From Octopus vulgaris (Eukaryota), in NCBI GenBank assembly GCA_951406725.2, contig OX597827.1, forward strand, positions 33,976,001-34,040,000: a DNA stretch of 64,000 nucleotides. The letters are read 5' to 3'. Positions within the stretch are counted from its first letter, which is position 1, and each line of letters begins with the position of its first letter. Positions 10,850 through 22,390 of the stretch are shown here, piece by piece. A program made the position numbers and the translations under genes. The notes under the pieces were generated by a model. That model was not told where the DNA came from, ran no database searches, and worked only from the letters and a program-made list of their open reading frames with translations.

Positions 10850-12605
10850 GAAAAAGAAATAAATAACCTTGGTGCTGAAAGAAGAATATCAGAAGATATA
10901 AGCTCCCCGAACAGTGTAGTGTCAATACTTGACAGGAAAAGAAAAGGAGAATTCAAGAATTATCACAAGTTTGAGACAGTTTAGAAGTAGTATTGTGTTG
11001 ATATAAAAGGATCGAATATCGTATTGAAGAATTAAAGCAGCACAAACTTGCCAAGAAAGCAAAGCTAAATTGGTTGAACGGATTAAACAATACCGGAAAA
11101 ACCGATTGTTTAGAATCGATCAAAAAAGATTTTATCAAGAAATTGATGGTGATACAGAATGCAAAAGTTTAATCCTTGATGCTGAAGAAAGTAAACAGTT
11201 TTGGTGTAAGATATTGAAGAAGCATGAAGAGCACAATTCTGGAGCTGAATGGTTCTGTAGCCTGAAGCAAATAGCTTCTTAACCCCAGCAGGGAGGTTTT
11301 CATTTTAACTAAGAAATATGAGCAAAAAGATGAGCAACTAGAAAGCAACAGGACCTGATGGTGTACAGGGTTGTTGTGGGTGCCATAAATTGATTGCAGA
11401 GAAATTTAATGCATTGGCTAAAAGAAGAGATCCCGAAGTGATTGACCAAAGAATGAACAGTGTTGTGCTTGAAGGGTGTATTGAAAGGAAATGCTGCCGA
11501 CAATTACAGTCCAATTTCTTGCCTTCTATTAATGTAGAATTTATTGTCAGGAGGGATTGCAGGAGAAATCTACACATTTATATAATTTACATTATTTACA
11601 TTTGACGGATATTTGTCCTCATCTTGTTTGTTGTTAACACAACGTTTCGGCTGATACACCCTCCAGCCTTCATCATGTGTCTTGGGAGAAATTTCGAATC
11701 TGGGTTCTCATTCCTATGTAAATAATGTACATAATTCCTCATATTTTAAAATATAGAACTGTATTATCTAATCGGTACGGAGCCAACATTAGACTTCAGT
11801 GGAGACATATAGAGAAATTCCATCAAAAACTACTTCGTCTTTCAAATCATCTAACTTTCTTGTGTAGATGTAGAGACTTAATACCTTAGGAATGAGAACC
11901 GAGGTTCGAAATTTTCCCAAGGCACTTGGTGAAGGCTGGAGGGTATATCAGCCGAAACGTTATGTTAATAACAAACAAGATGAGGACAAATATCCGTCAA
12001 ATGTAAACAATGTAAATAATGTACATAATTCCTCATCTCTTAAATATAGAATTGTAAAATCTACACATCTTTTGATGATAACATCTTAATGATGGAACAA
12101 AAGGGTTGCAAGAGGAGATGCAGAGGTACCAAAGACCAATTATTGATAGACAAAATGGTAATGCAAGATTGTAAGCGAAGGAGGACAAATTTGAGAATGG
12201 CCTGGATTGATTGCTGCAAAGCTTACAATGTAATTATATGTTCATGCTTTGATTTGTTTGGAATTGCAAGGAATGTAACATATTTTCTGGAAAAGTATGG
12301 TGTGATGGAAAACTGAGTTGACATCTTACGGACAAAGCTTGGACACCCTGGGCATCAGGAGAGGGATTTTCCAAGGAGAGAACTTATCTCCAATGCGTTT
12401 TGCTCTTTGTATGATTCCCCTGACCTTTGGGCTGAGGAAAAGGAATTTCGGATATCAGTTAAAGGGAAAATCTCAAAGAATCAACAAGCTCCTCTTCATG
12501 GATGATTTGAAACTGTATGGCGAGGAGGAGGTACAAGTGAGTGCTTTAGTGATCACAGCCCACTGTTTCAGTGCTGACATAAAGATGGAATTCAGATTCA
12601 GATTC
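10850..12605 (+). mobile_element. R4/Dong-clade LINE reverse transcriptase remnant, interrupted at 11578-12056
   Basis: [68 protein letters not shown], with stops and frameshifts. Confidence 0.85.
11578..12056. mobile_element. Small Penelope-like insert with inverted pseudo-LTR segments and a 12-bp TSD
   Basis: TSD AAATCTACACAT at 11566-11577 and 12057-12068. 11580-11718 is the reverse complement of 11887-12020. The middle reads LLRLSNHLTFLCRCRDLIP, like a PLE N-terminus. Confidence 0.75.
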
Positions 12606-13047
12606 TTTTTCGTTCCCTACCTCTACTCTAGTTGTTAAGAATACGACTCTCTCCCGTAATTCTTTCTTCCTTCTTATATTCTTATCTATTCATTTCTCTC
12701 TTTATCTACTTCCCCTTACCCGTATAATTCTCAAAATTCATTTATATTACAAGATCCTTTTGAATGAACAACACATGGAATAAATATCTGCATTTGAAAT
12801 AACAACATATGAATTCTTATCGGACTTAACACATCATGGACAAGAAGATTCTTTACCCATTCTACACAACACATTTCTTGGATAACAGAACAGTATCTTT
12901 AACATCCAACATGTATTTTTATTTTCATACTTTCCTTTTATACTTTCTGTGTTATATCTAATTTCTTGTACATCTTTCCCTCTCCAGAATAACTTCTTAT
13001 AAATAAATGATCTCTACTATTACCTTCTATTGAAGCTCTTTTAACTC

Positions 13048-13095
13048 GTCTCTGATGATGGAATATCATTTATTTCCCCGAAACAACTGTAAGAC
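13048..13095 (+). ncRNA. Minimal type I hammerhead ribozyme motif in a PLE-like 3' fragment (~12640-13155)
   Basis: gtct-CTGATGA-tggaa..ttcccc-GAAAC-aact-GTA-agac. Stem I is gtct/agac. Confidence 0.65.
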
Positions 13096-13153
13096 AACCT
13101 TTCTATTTATAAATGTCCTAGGAATATCAAATTGCCCTGGCCTTACCTTATTT

Positions 13154-13193
<40 letters not shown>

Positions 13194-13293
13194 TATGTAT
13201 ATACATTACATATACATATATATATGTGTGTGTATATATATATGTATACATATATATGCACATACACGCGCACACTCACATGTTTATATGTAC

Positions 13294-13337
<44 letters not shown>

Positions 13338-13404
13338 TTATGTATAAGTATGTATGTGTCTATCTTTTTCTTCTCTTTCCATATGTATATAATATACATC
13401 TCTT

Positions 13405-13439
<35 letters not shown>

Positions 13440-13468
13440 ATCTATCTATCTATCTATCTCTATATATA

Positions 13469-13872
13469 GGCTCAAAGATAGTTGTGTGGTAAGAAACTTG
13501 CTTCTTAACCATGTGACTCCGGGTTCAGTTCTGCGTGTCACCTTGGGCAAATGCCCTCGACGATAGCCTCCGTCTCTGCAAAGTCTTCTACGTAGATTTG
13601 GGAGAAAGAAACTGAAAGAAGTCCGTTGCAAATACTTACACACACACACACACGCACACATATATGTGTGTGTGTCTTTGTCTCCACCACAGTTTAACAA
13701 CCGGTGTTCGAGTGTTTTTGTTCCCGTAACTTAGCAAAGAGACCGATAGAATAAGTACTAGGCTTAAAAAGAACTGGGATTAATCCATTCGACTAAAACT
13801 TCTTCAAGGCTGTGCCTCAGCATGGCCACAGACTAATGGATGAAACAAGTAGAAAGGTATAAAAACGTCAAA

Positions 13873-13875
<3 letters not shown>
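13469..13875 (+). mobile_element. tRNA-derived SINE, family 2 (diverged)
   Basis: GTGTGGTAAG..CCGGGTTCAGT..CACCTTGGGCAA..GAAACTGAAAGAAG..GAAACAAGTA. Same family as 16505-16898. Confidence 0.8.
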
Positions 13876-13937
<62 letters not shown>

Positions 13938-13943
13938 TATACA

Positions 13944-13990
<47 letters not shown>

Positions 13991-14075
13991 GTCTGTTCGT
14001 TTTCCCTCCTTCAATTTTAAGCTGTTTTTAGAGTTTGTATGTCTAACTAGGTTTGCCTGTTTTCTTCATTTGAAG

Positions 14076-14569
14076 GGTTATTCGCTGTACCTGATAATGG
14101 TGTGACATCTTCTGGTGATTTACCTGGAACCAAGGAAATAATAAGTACCAATAGCGTAACTGAAATACACACTAAACCACAAACCAGTTCTACAAGAGGA
14201 ACCAGTGACAAAATTAAAACCACTGCAATAACACCAGCTTCTTTAGTGACGTCCACAGCACCCATGTGCTCTTGTGCTTGTGAACATGCGACACAACAGC
14301 CTCCCACCAAGAAGGAGTTGGAAATTCTTAAGGATAACTTAAAAAAAGAGCTTGCCGTGGATAAAAAGAAACTGTCCAAAACAATTCGAGCCAAAACTAG
14401 TGCCCCTGACGAACGACGATCGGCTCAAGGTATAGGATTTATTGGTGTGATATTCCTATCTGCTGTACCTATCTTCATTATTATTATAGACTTCCCTCAA
14501 CTCTGTGCAGGCATGAAAACTTTTTGCAGGAATGTTTCTAGCTTGTGTTCCAACAGAACACCACATTAG
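14076..14569 (+). CDS. Terminal exon: Ser/Thr stalk, CSCAC motif, predicted helix, TM helix, short Cys-containing tail
   Basis: Acceptor TTTTCTTCATTTGAAG|, phase 1. Reads ..[64 protein letters not shown].. and stops at TAG 14567-14569. Confidence 0.85.
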
Positions 14570-14584
14570 ACTTGCAATGAGGAA

Positions 14585-14628
<44 letters not shown>

Positions 14629-14901
14629 CACACACACGCACACACATGCACACACACGCACGCACATAGACACACAAACACACAATCTGTATATATATAT
14701 ATATATAAAAGAGAGATTATGTCTGTTTGTGTGCTGTTCTTTTGTTTGTCCACCAAAATGAAAGTAAATAGTTCAAGGGAAGCTATTATGTATGTGTATC
14801 TATTTATTATTATATTATATTATATTATTATATATATTATTTGTTCGTTCACGTCTAGGCTACGAAAGATCTTTGGTCGTAATTATTCTTAACAGTATGT
14901 A

Positions 14902-14985
14902 ATTCCTGACGAAGAATCTAATTTCATGAAGAGTTTTTCGTTTTTGTCTTTGGAATTAATTAGACGCCGAAACAATTTGTAGAAT
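14902..14985 (+). ncRNA. Type I hammerhead ribozyme motif with long stem II
   Basis: attc-CTGACGA-agaaTCTAATT..AATTAGAcgcc-GAAAC-aattt-GTA-gaat. Stem I is attc/gaat. Confidence 0.6.
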
Positions 14986-15185
14986 GTATATTGGTTCTGT
15001 ACCATCTTGGATTATGAATTGAATTAAAGTTCGTCTACACTTACAATTTTTCCTTTCCTTATACTTCATTTACTGTTTTTGCAAATACTGAATATATATA
15101 TTTTTATATATATTCTTTACTTGGTCTGTACCGGCGGAGTTGGATGTTTGACATCCCTCTGAAGGATTTCGGTCCTCACCTCTTT

Positions 15186-15227
<42 letters not shown>

Positions 15228-15594
15228 TATATATGAGAGAGAGAGATTCAGTCCGTTTGTGTGTTTGTTCGTTTGTTTGTCCACCAAAATGAAAGTAAAT
15301 GATTCAAGGGAGCTATTATTATTATGCTCCTTTTATATCTCTTATTATGCTATTTCCTAATTTTTCTCAACAAGAATTATGCAATTCTCCTAGGGCATAC
15401 GGCCTATTCAAAAGAAACTGTGATAAATGGGTCTTTCACTTCCCCTGTGGTCTTCTCAGTGCCATCACACAGTCACCTGAATTCCGTAAAGCTATTCTTC
15501 TATATGATACACCCATTTTTCTAGCTTCTCGGCCCGAAAAACTGTAAAAGTAATGATCCGATTAACAACGAGTATTACTACTAGTATATACATA

Positions 15595-16146
15595 TCTATT
15601 ATATAAAATCCGTTCTGTCTGTCTGTGTGTGTATCTTCTAGGATCTCGGGCATTTTCCATCGGATTGAGCTCAAATTTGATATGTAGATACCGACTGTAT
15701 TAGGGCGTGTATAAGTCTTGAAAAAATTACAAAAATCGATTCCAGGTGAGAATGCGATCGATAAAGCCGTGGAAACGTGCATTTGTACGCGCAAGTATAT
15801 CAGTTGTTACGATCGATAGTACGCGTACGCGAGAAAAATGCACGTGCAGTTTGCGCAAAAAAAGCCGACTGGCTTGAAAGAATGCCACATAATGCCGTAT
15901 ATTTAAGAGACCAAAAAAGTAAGATGCAAAAGAGATATTCTCTTCAAACTTGGCATGAAGGAAGGAAAGACTATTTGGTTTCTCGAGAATTTTTTTTTTG
16001 CTTTAACTTCGTTTAACAAAACCAAAAATGTTATTGAAATAAAGGCGTGCTTAATTACTTTTTAATGAAAAGAAAATACTGATTTCTTTTTATTCAGCAG
16101 ATATGATTCAGCACCGTCCATTGGATGGAGGGCGGCGTTTTGCTCG
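15595..16146 (+). mobile_element. Non-autonomous Helitron-like element
   Basis: 5' A|TCTATTATATAAAA..CTGTCTGTCTG. 3' CCGTCC..GGGCGG hairpin, then a variant end CTCG|T. Confidence 0.5.
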
Positions 16147-16166
16147 TACATATATATATATAAAAG

Positions 16167-16418
16167 ATAGAAAAGAGTGAAAAAACTACAGAAGGCTTGT
16201 TTTATAAGGTTAAAGAATATATTTAAGTCGTTATGTTAGAAAAATGTTAGAAAATTTTGTGTATAGTAACATTTGAAAAGTTTACACGAAACCGGTTATT
16301 TCTCCAAAAACTATGTTACTATACACAAAATTTTCTGACATTTTTCTAACATAACGACTTAAATATATTCTTTAACCTTATAAAACAAGCCTTCTGTAGT
16401 TTTTTCACTCTTTTCTAT
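16167..16418. repeat. Near-perfect inverted repeat, 106-bp arms, 40-bp spacer
   Basis: 16167-16272 versus 16313-16418, one mismatch seen. Confidence 0.95.
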
Positions 16419-16458
16419 TCTTATACATCCAACAACGTGCTTTCACACACCAATTTTC

Positions 16459-16504
<46 letters not shown>

Positions 16505-16898
16505 CTCTTTTACTCTTTTACTTGTTTCAGTCATTTGACTAAGGCCATGCTAGAGCACCGCCTTTAGTCGAGCAAATCGACCCCGGGACTTATTCTTTGT
16601 AAGCCCAGTACTTATTCTATCGGTCTCTTTTGCCGAACCGCTAAGTAACGGGGACGTAAACACACCAGTATCGGTTGTCAAGCAATGCTAGGGGAACAAA
16701 CACAGACACACAAACACACACACACATACACATATATATACATATATACGACAGGCTTCTTTCAGTTTCCGTCTACCAAATCCACTCACAAGGCTTTGGT
16801 CGGCCCGAGGTTATAGTAGAAGACACTTGCCCAAGGTGCCACGCAGTGGGACTGAACCCGGAACCATGTGGTTGGTAAACAAGCTACTTACCACACAG
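16505..16898 (-). mobile_element. tRNA-derived SINE, family 2
   Basis: Reverse complement reads CTGTGTGGTAAGTAGC..GGGTTCAGTCCCACTGCG..GAAACAAGTAAAAGAGTAAAAGAG. Confidence 0.9.
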
Positions 16899-17243
16899 TT
16901 ATATAATTGTAGAGATAAATGTCAGTGCCCTCTTGGTAATAAATTTTTAACTTGAAATATTGTTTATAAATATAATATTCATACTAACCTGAAATCATTT
17001 ACCCTTTTTTGGACTAAGAATAAAATAAAATTACTATCTGCTTTCATAGCAAGTTAATGAAGGTGCTTTAACCCGTCTATCTCCGACTTTTAGTTCATGT
17101 AATAGAAAAACCGCAGTATTTATGGGATGGCCCAATACTTTTCTCACTTATTCGATCACATAATATCGAACGGTAAATATTAAATGTTAAATATCTATTA
17201 CTAAGTATATTCATTTTAATACTCTGTTTATAATTGTTATATT

Positions 17244-17334
<91 letters not shown>

Positions 17335-18022
17335 TATGTATTCATGTACGTATGCATGTGTGTGTAGGCATGTAGATATAAATGTAGGTATAACTAATAT
17401 AAATAAATGATAAATAGTTGTCTTTGGTCTACTATAAATCCGCTACGTAAATGCCTACAGGTATTAAAGCATTCTTCAGTGCGAATTGTCTGTAAAAACC
17501 TATATTACTTTCTTTTATCTAAATGTTTGTGGCTCTAAATTACGTTTCAATCCTCTTATTGCTATGTACTATTTTTATTAGTCAGTTTCCTAACACGTCC
17601 ACTTTGTTATATATCAGTAGCTTTGTATATAGCTTCACTTGCTTGGGAATCAACTGATTACTCAAGAAATCGTTGTTCAACTGCTTTAAATATTGCCTGA
17701 TAAGCGTGAAATTTGCATAACGTATGACTTAATACAAAATATTGTATTGCACTTACATTAAATAAATAAAGATTCTAATCGGACAATTGTCGCAAAATAT
17801 AAACCCATTCGTTTGTTTGTTTATTAATATTTTGCGTAACACCTGGGCTTCTCCTATTCATTAAGTTGCAAGTAAACAATTGGAATTGCAAATCACTGAA
17901 CGATAGTGTTTAGTTTTCATCGTTGCTTCCTACGTTGCTCTGCATGATTCTCTTTAGCCAATCAGTGGCCTACTACAAGTTGATGTGCCTCGATACTCTA
18001 TGATTCATATATAACTGATACG

Positions 18023-18510
18023 TATTAGAGTCGGCTGAAAAGTTCGTAGGCTGACCAAATTATCCACTTGGAATGTGACCCAATGAGATTTATTTTTCAA
18101 CATAGCTCCTTTTGCGATCCACACACCTCTTCCATCAGTGCTGCAATACTTGGATCCCATTGGTGAAGAAGCTTTCATCCTATTGGTAAACAAAATGCAT
18201 CGACAGCATATATGACATCATCATCATTGGAATTCTGGTTCCCAGCGAAGTGTCTTTTATGTTGGGGAACAGATGATAATCAGATGGAGACAGATGATAG
18301 TCAGATTGAGCCAAGTCCAAATCCACAATCACACAGCAGGCATTGACACCAAGGACTTGTGTACTAGAGCATTGCCCTGATGAAACAAGACTCCTTTCGT
18401 CAGTTTTCCTAGGCGTTTGGTCTTAATTGCCTTTTGTAACGGCCTCAGCAAGTTGACACAGTACTCTGCATTGATAGTGTGGCCTTTTCCATGATAGTCA
18501 ATAAGCACAT
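18023..18510 (-). mobile_element. Mariner C-terminal remnant
   Basis: Minus strand PSDYHLFPNIK..FFTNGIQVLQH.WKRCVDRKRSYVEK, with a TIR-like end. Confidence 0.75.
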
Positions 18511-18872
18511 CCGGTCGTCGTTAATATAAGGGACCTCTGCACAGGTTCTTTTCTCAGACTTTCACGCAGCTTACTCCTGTGTTTAGTTGTTGATGGCACT
18601 CGTAAATATGCACAGCTAAGCTAAGAATTTCTCTCATTTTTAATCACTTCATTAAGGCGGTGTTCCAGAATGGCTACAGTGCTATCATTAAATGGATGTG
18701 AGTACGCGCACACATACGCACGCACACACACGCACGCACGCACACACACACACATAGGCGCGTGTGTATGTATGTGTGTGTGTGTGTGTGTGTGTATGTG
18801 TGTGTGTGTGTGTGTGAGTTTGTGTGTGAGCTGATGTGTGATTCATCTTGTTTCAATATTGTACCAGACAGA

Positions 18873-19085
18873 AGGCGATGAGCTGGCAGAGACGTTAGCA
18901 TGCCGGGCGAAATGCTTAATGGTATTTCGTCTGCCATTATGTTCTGAGTTCAAATTCCGCCGAGGTCGACTTTGCCTTTCATCCTCGGGGTCGATAAATT
19001 AAGTACCCGTTGCGTACTGGGACCGATCTAATAGTCTGGTCACCTCTCAAAATCTTTTGGGCTTTGTGCCTCGAGTAGAAGAGAA
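18873..19085 (+). mobile_element. tRNA-derived SINE, family 1 monomer
   Basis: Same head and body as 768-1345. Confidence 0.9.
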
Positions 19086-19162
19086 CATACTATCAGACGG
19101 CAGTCTTCAGTATTATTCCCAAAGGTACCATTACCACAATATTTTATATCAATGCTGAATAC

Positions 19163-19229
<67 letters not shown>

Positions 19230-19232
19230 GTA

Positions 19233-19270
<38 letters not shown>

Positions 19271-19450
19271 CGTGTGTGTGTACCTCATGAAACACGTGTC
19301 GCCAAGGAATAAAACAGTAAGTATTTAAAATAAAAATAAAATTTCTTTTTATTTGGTGAGAAGTAGGGGCATACTATCTCTAAATTAAAATATATTTCTT
19401 CATTGAGAATAATTTGAACCTCTGTTATGCCGGAATTGTTATTCCCTAAA

Positions 19451-19634
<184 letters not shown>

Positions 19635-19812
19635 GTGCATATGTATATACAATATGCATATATATCCGTATGCATGTATAAATTCCATACATTCACAACA
19701 CATCATATACAAGTATTATTTTCATTTACGCAAATTTACGCCTGTAAACTACCAGCAAAATATGAAGAATCAGTATTAGAAATCTTTTTGGGAAACCTCG
19801 TTTAAAATTTAG

Positions 19813-20366
19813 CTGGGGCTAATGCAGTTTTGCACCTCTCCTTGAAAAATGCATTTCTTTTGAAAAAAATGTTTCGGGTTCCTACGTTTTAGATGTTGGA
19901 GATAGATAGATAAATAAATATATAAATGAAAAAGTTAAAAATTTTAAATTGTGGGAGGGGTGAAATTTGATCCCTTTATTAAACTTTATAACATTAATTA
20001 TTAAACATTAATGTTTGTTTCTCATAGAATGGTGTATATTTAATTTACATTAAATTATTATTTACGATTATTTAAGGTAAGCACAAGTAAAACGCTAATT
20101 ATTTTCAATGTAATGTTTTTGTCTGTATTGAATTTCGATTTGCATATGTTCGTCAATTCGCTACGATCCCTTTAAAATAGATAAAAATCAAAAATTTAAA
20201 TTATGAGGGAGGAAGGGAGGGAAGAGGTGTGTGTGTTTGGGGGGGTTATATAAAAAGTTTTTTGCATATTCATAATCTCCGATATCTAAAACGTAGAAAA
20301 CCGAAAATACTTTTTTTTCAAAAAATGTATTTTTTAAGGAGAGGTACGAAACTGCATCAGGTACAG
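19813..20366. mobile_element. MITE with ~90-bp imperfect TIRs
   Basis: ATGCAGTTTTGCACCTCTCCTTGAAAAAT..CTACGTTTTAGAT mirrored by ATCTAAAACGTAG..ATTTTTTAAGGAGAGGTACGAAACTGCAT. Confidence 0.8.
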
Positions 20367-20919
20367 GACATCACCAACGAGTGAAAAATACGTAAACACA
20401 TAATGAGAGACAAGTACGGGACAAAATACCAAAAAAGTCTAACCCCTCCTTAGTTGTCGACTGTTAATTACTCCCTATTTCGAGTTTTCAATGACAAGAT
20501 AGGAAACTTTCATAAAACAGCATCATCCACAAATTTTAAAAATATAAAATTTGTGGAGTTTTAGTGCTTCAAACGAGCAAATTAACGACAGAGTGGACGT
20601 ACAGAGTCGACGAAGACAAACATTAAGAGCCGTTAGGCCAAGACGCATTGTAATGGGTAATGCCTGGGAGAAATTTTGAAAGGATATTAGAATAAATTGA
20701 AGAGAAGAAAATAGTAGAAGAGAAAAAAATGCGAAAAATGCCGGGAGGCGAGAAAAATGAAGTCCAGCTAAATGGACGTCACGTCTAGAAAAGGTGAAGG
20801 TGGGAGAAATGGTCTGTAGTCACGAGGGAGCAAACAGGTAGGTGGCAACGGGGCACAAGAGAGAGGATGAGGGGAAAAACAAAGGGAATGAGTAGAAGGG
20901 AGAAGGAACGAAAAATATT

Positions 20920-20990
<71 letters not shown>

Positions 20991-20996
20991 TGTATG

Positions 20997-21112
<116 letters not shown>

Positions 21113-21119
21113 GTTGATG

Positions 21120-22390
21120 AATTGTCAACAGAAACAGAGGAGAGATTCCTAACAGCTAACTAAATATGCAACCATTATTTTAATATAAAAGGTGGTTAGA
21201 TTCACCAAAGTACAAAAGTTTGACAAATATAACACAGAAGCAGTCACTCGAAGAAGAACATCAAAGATAAATTCAGGTAAAATTGAATTTAAAGACTGTC
21301 GCTTTCTGAATCGTAATTTTGAGATCTGAGTTGCAGGAAGTAAAATTTTATTTTAAAAGATACAGAAATACAAAAATATCAGAGTCAAGAGCGAAGTCAG
21401 AGTGATATCATCATAGAAAATTGGTGAATATATTTTGATCGTAAAATAAAGGCCGACACGGTTGAGTGAACATGTTTAGTTACAATAAAGGTAGTCTAAA
21501 TTTAATCTGCCAGGTGGAGAGTGGACAGGAGTCATTTGTATGTAGTCCAGTGGTTAAAGTTTAGCTACTAAAGTTTAGGTTGTTAGCTGTGTCGGTTCCT
21601 AATGTTAAGTGGTAGAACGGGTTTTGTATGTGAATATTATTTGTGTATGTACTCTGTTAAAGGTTGTTAAGTTTTGGTTTGCACTTTTGTATGAAAGTGT
21701 TTTCTTTGTTTATCCTTACTTCATCTGTGATATTCATAGGTAGAGTGGTAGGATCTGGAATTTGGGGGATTTAGTTTTTGCACATATGTCTATGTTCCCA
21801 CTAAGTGGAATCTGTCTAGTACTGGGATCTTGTATTTGTTGTCGGTGAATGGTCAGTTTATTTCTTAGAGTAAACTGTGTTTGACCTATGTAATCTTCAT
21901 AAATCTGTGACATAGCCTATATTAAATTCCTTGAAGAACATGTAAAATTATTTTTTACGGTAAAAAGTTGTCCTGAGTTGAATTTGTATGTTGTATCTTC
22001 GATAAGGTTGATGCAAGTCCCGCAATTGAGCCAGCCACACGTTTTGACTATTGGTGTGAGAATTGTGGAAGGTAATTTAGCGCTAGAGAGGAATTTTTGA
22101 AGGACTGTGATTGTCATTTGTGTATTTCGAATGCTTGTTTCATTCTTGGGTCTTGTCTTAGTTGTGAGGTTTTCTAGTGGATGATATTGTGAACATCTGT
22201 GTTTCTTGGGTTGAGTGTTGTAATTAAGGGTAGAGTATTGGATGTATGTGGAGTGTTTTTTCATTCATCGTAGTTCTTGGATATTTATTGCTTTGGCACA
22301 TTCTATTGCGTTATTTATTAACATGAATGGATATTGTAATTTAAATAGTATTTGTTTTAGTTCCTGGAGTCTTTTATTATTCACTCAACC
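21120..22390 (-). mobile_element. Penelope-like element remnant (Neptune-type Cys linker + GIY-YIG)
   Basis: TCGWLNCGTCINL..FTCSSRNLI followed by a decayed IGQT motif and a C-terminal PKLN. Confidence 0.7.

Noticed and set aside
13055-13492. Many [12 protein letters not shown] and poly-L/Y ORFs here and across the window
   Set aside because: They are translations of (TA)n, (TG)n, (TACA)n and (TAA)n microsatellites.
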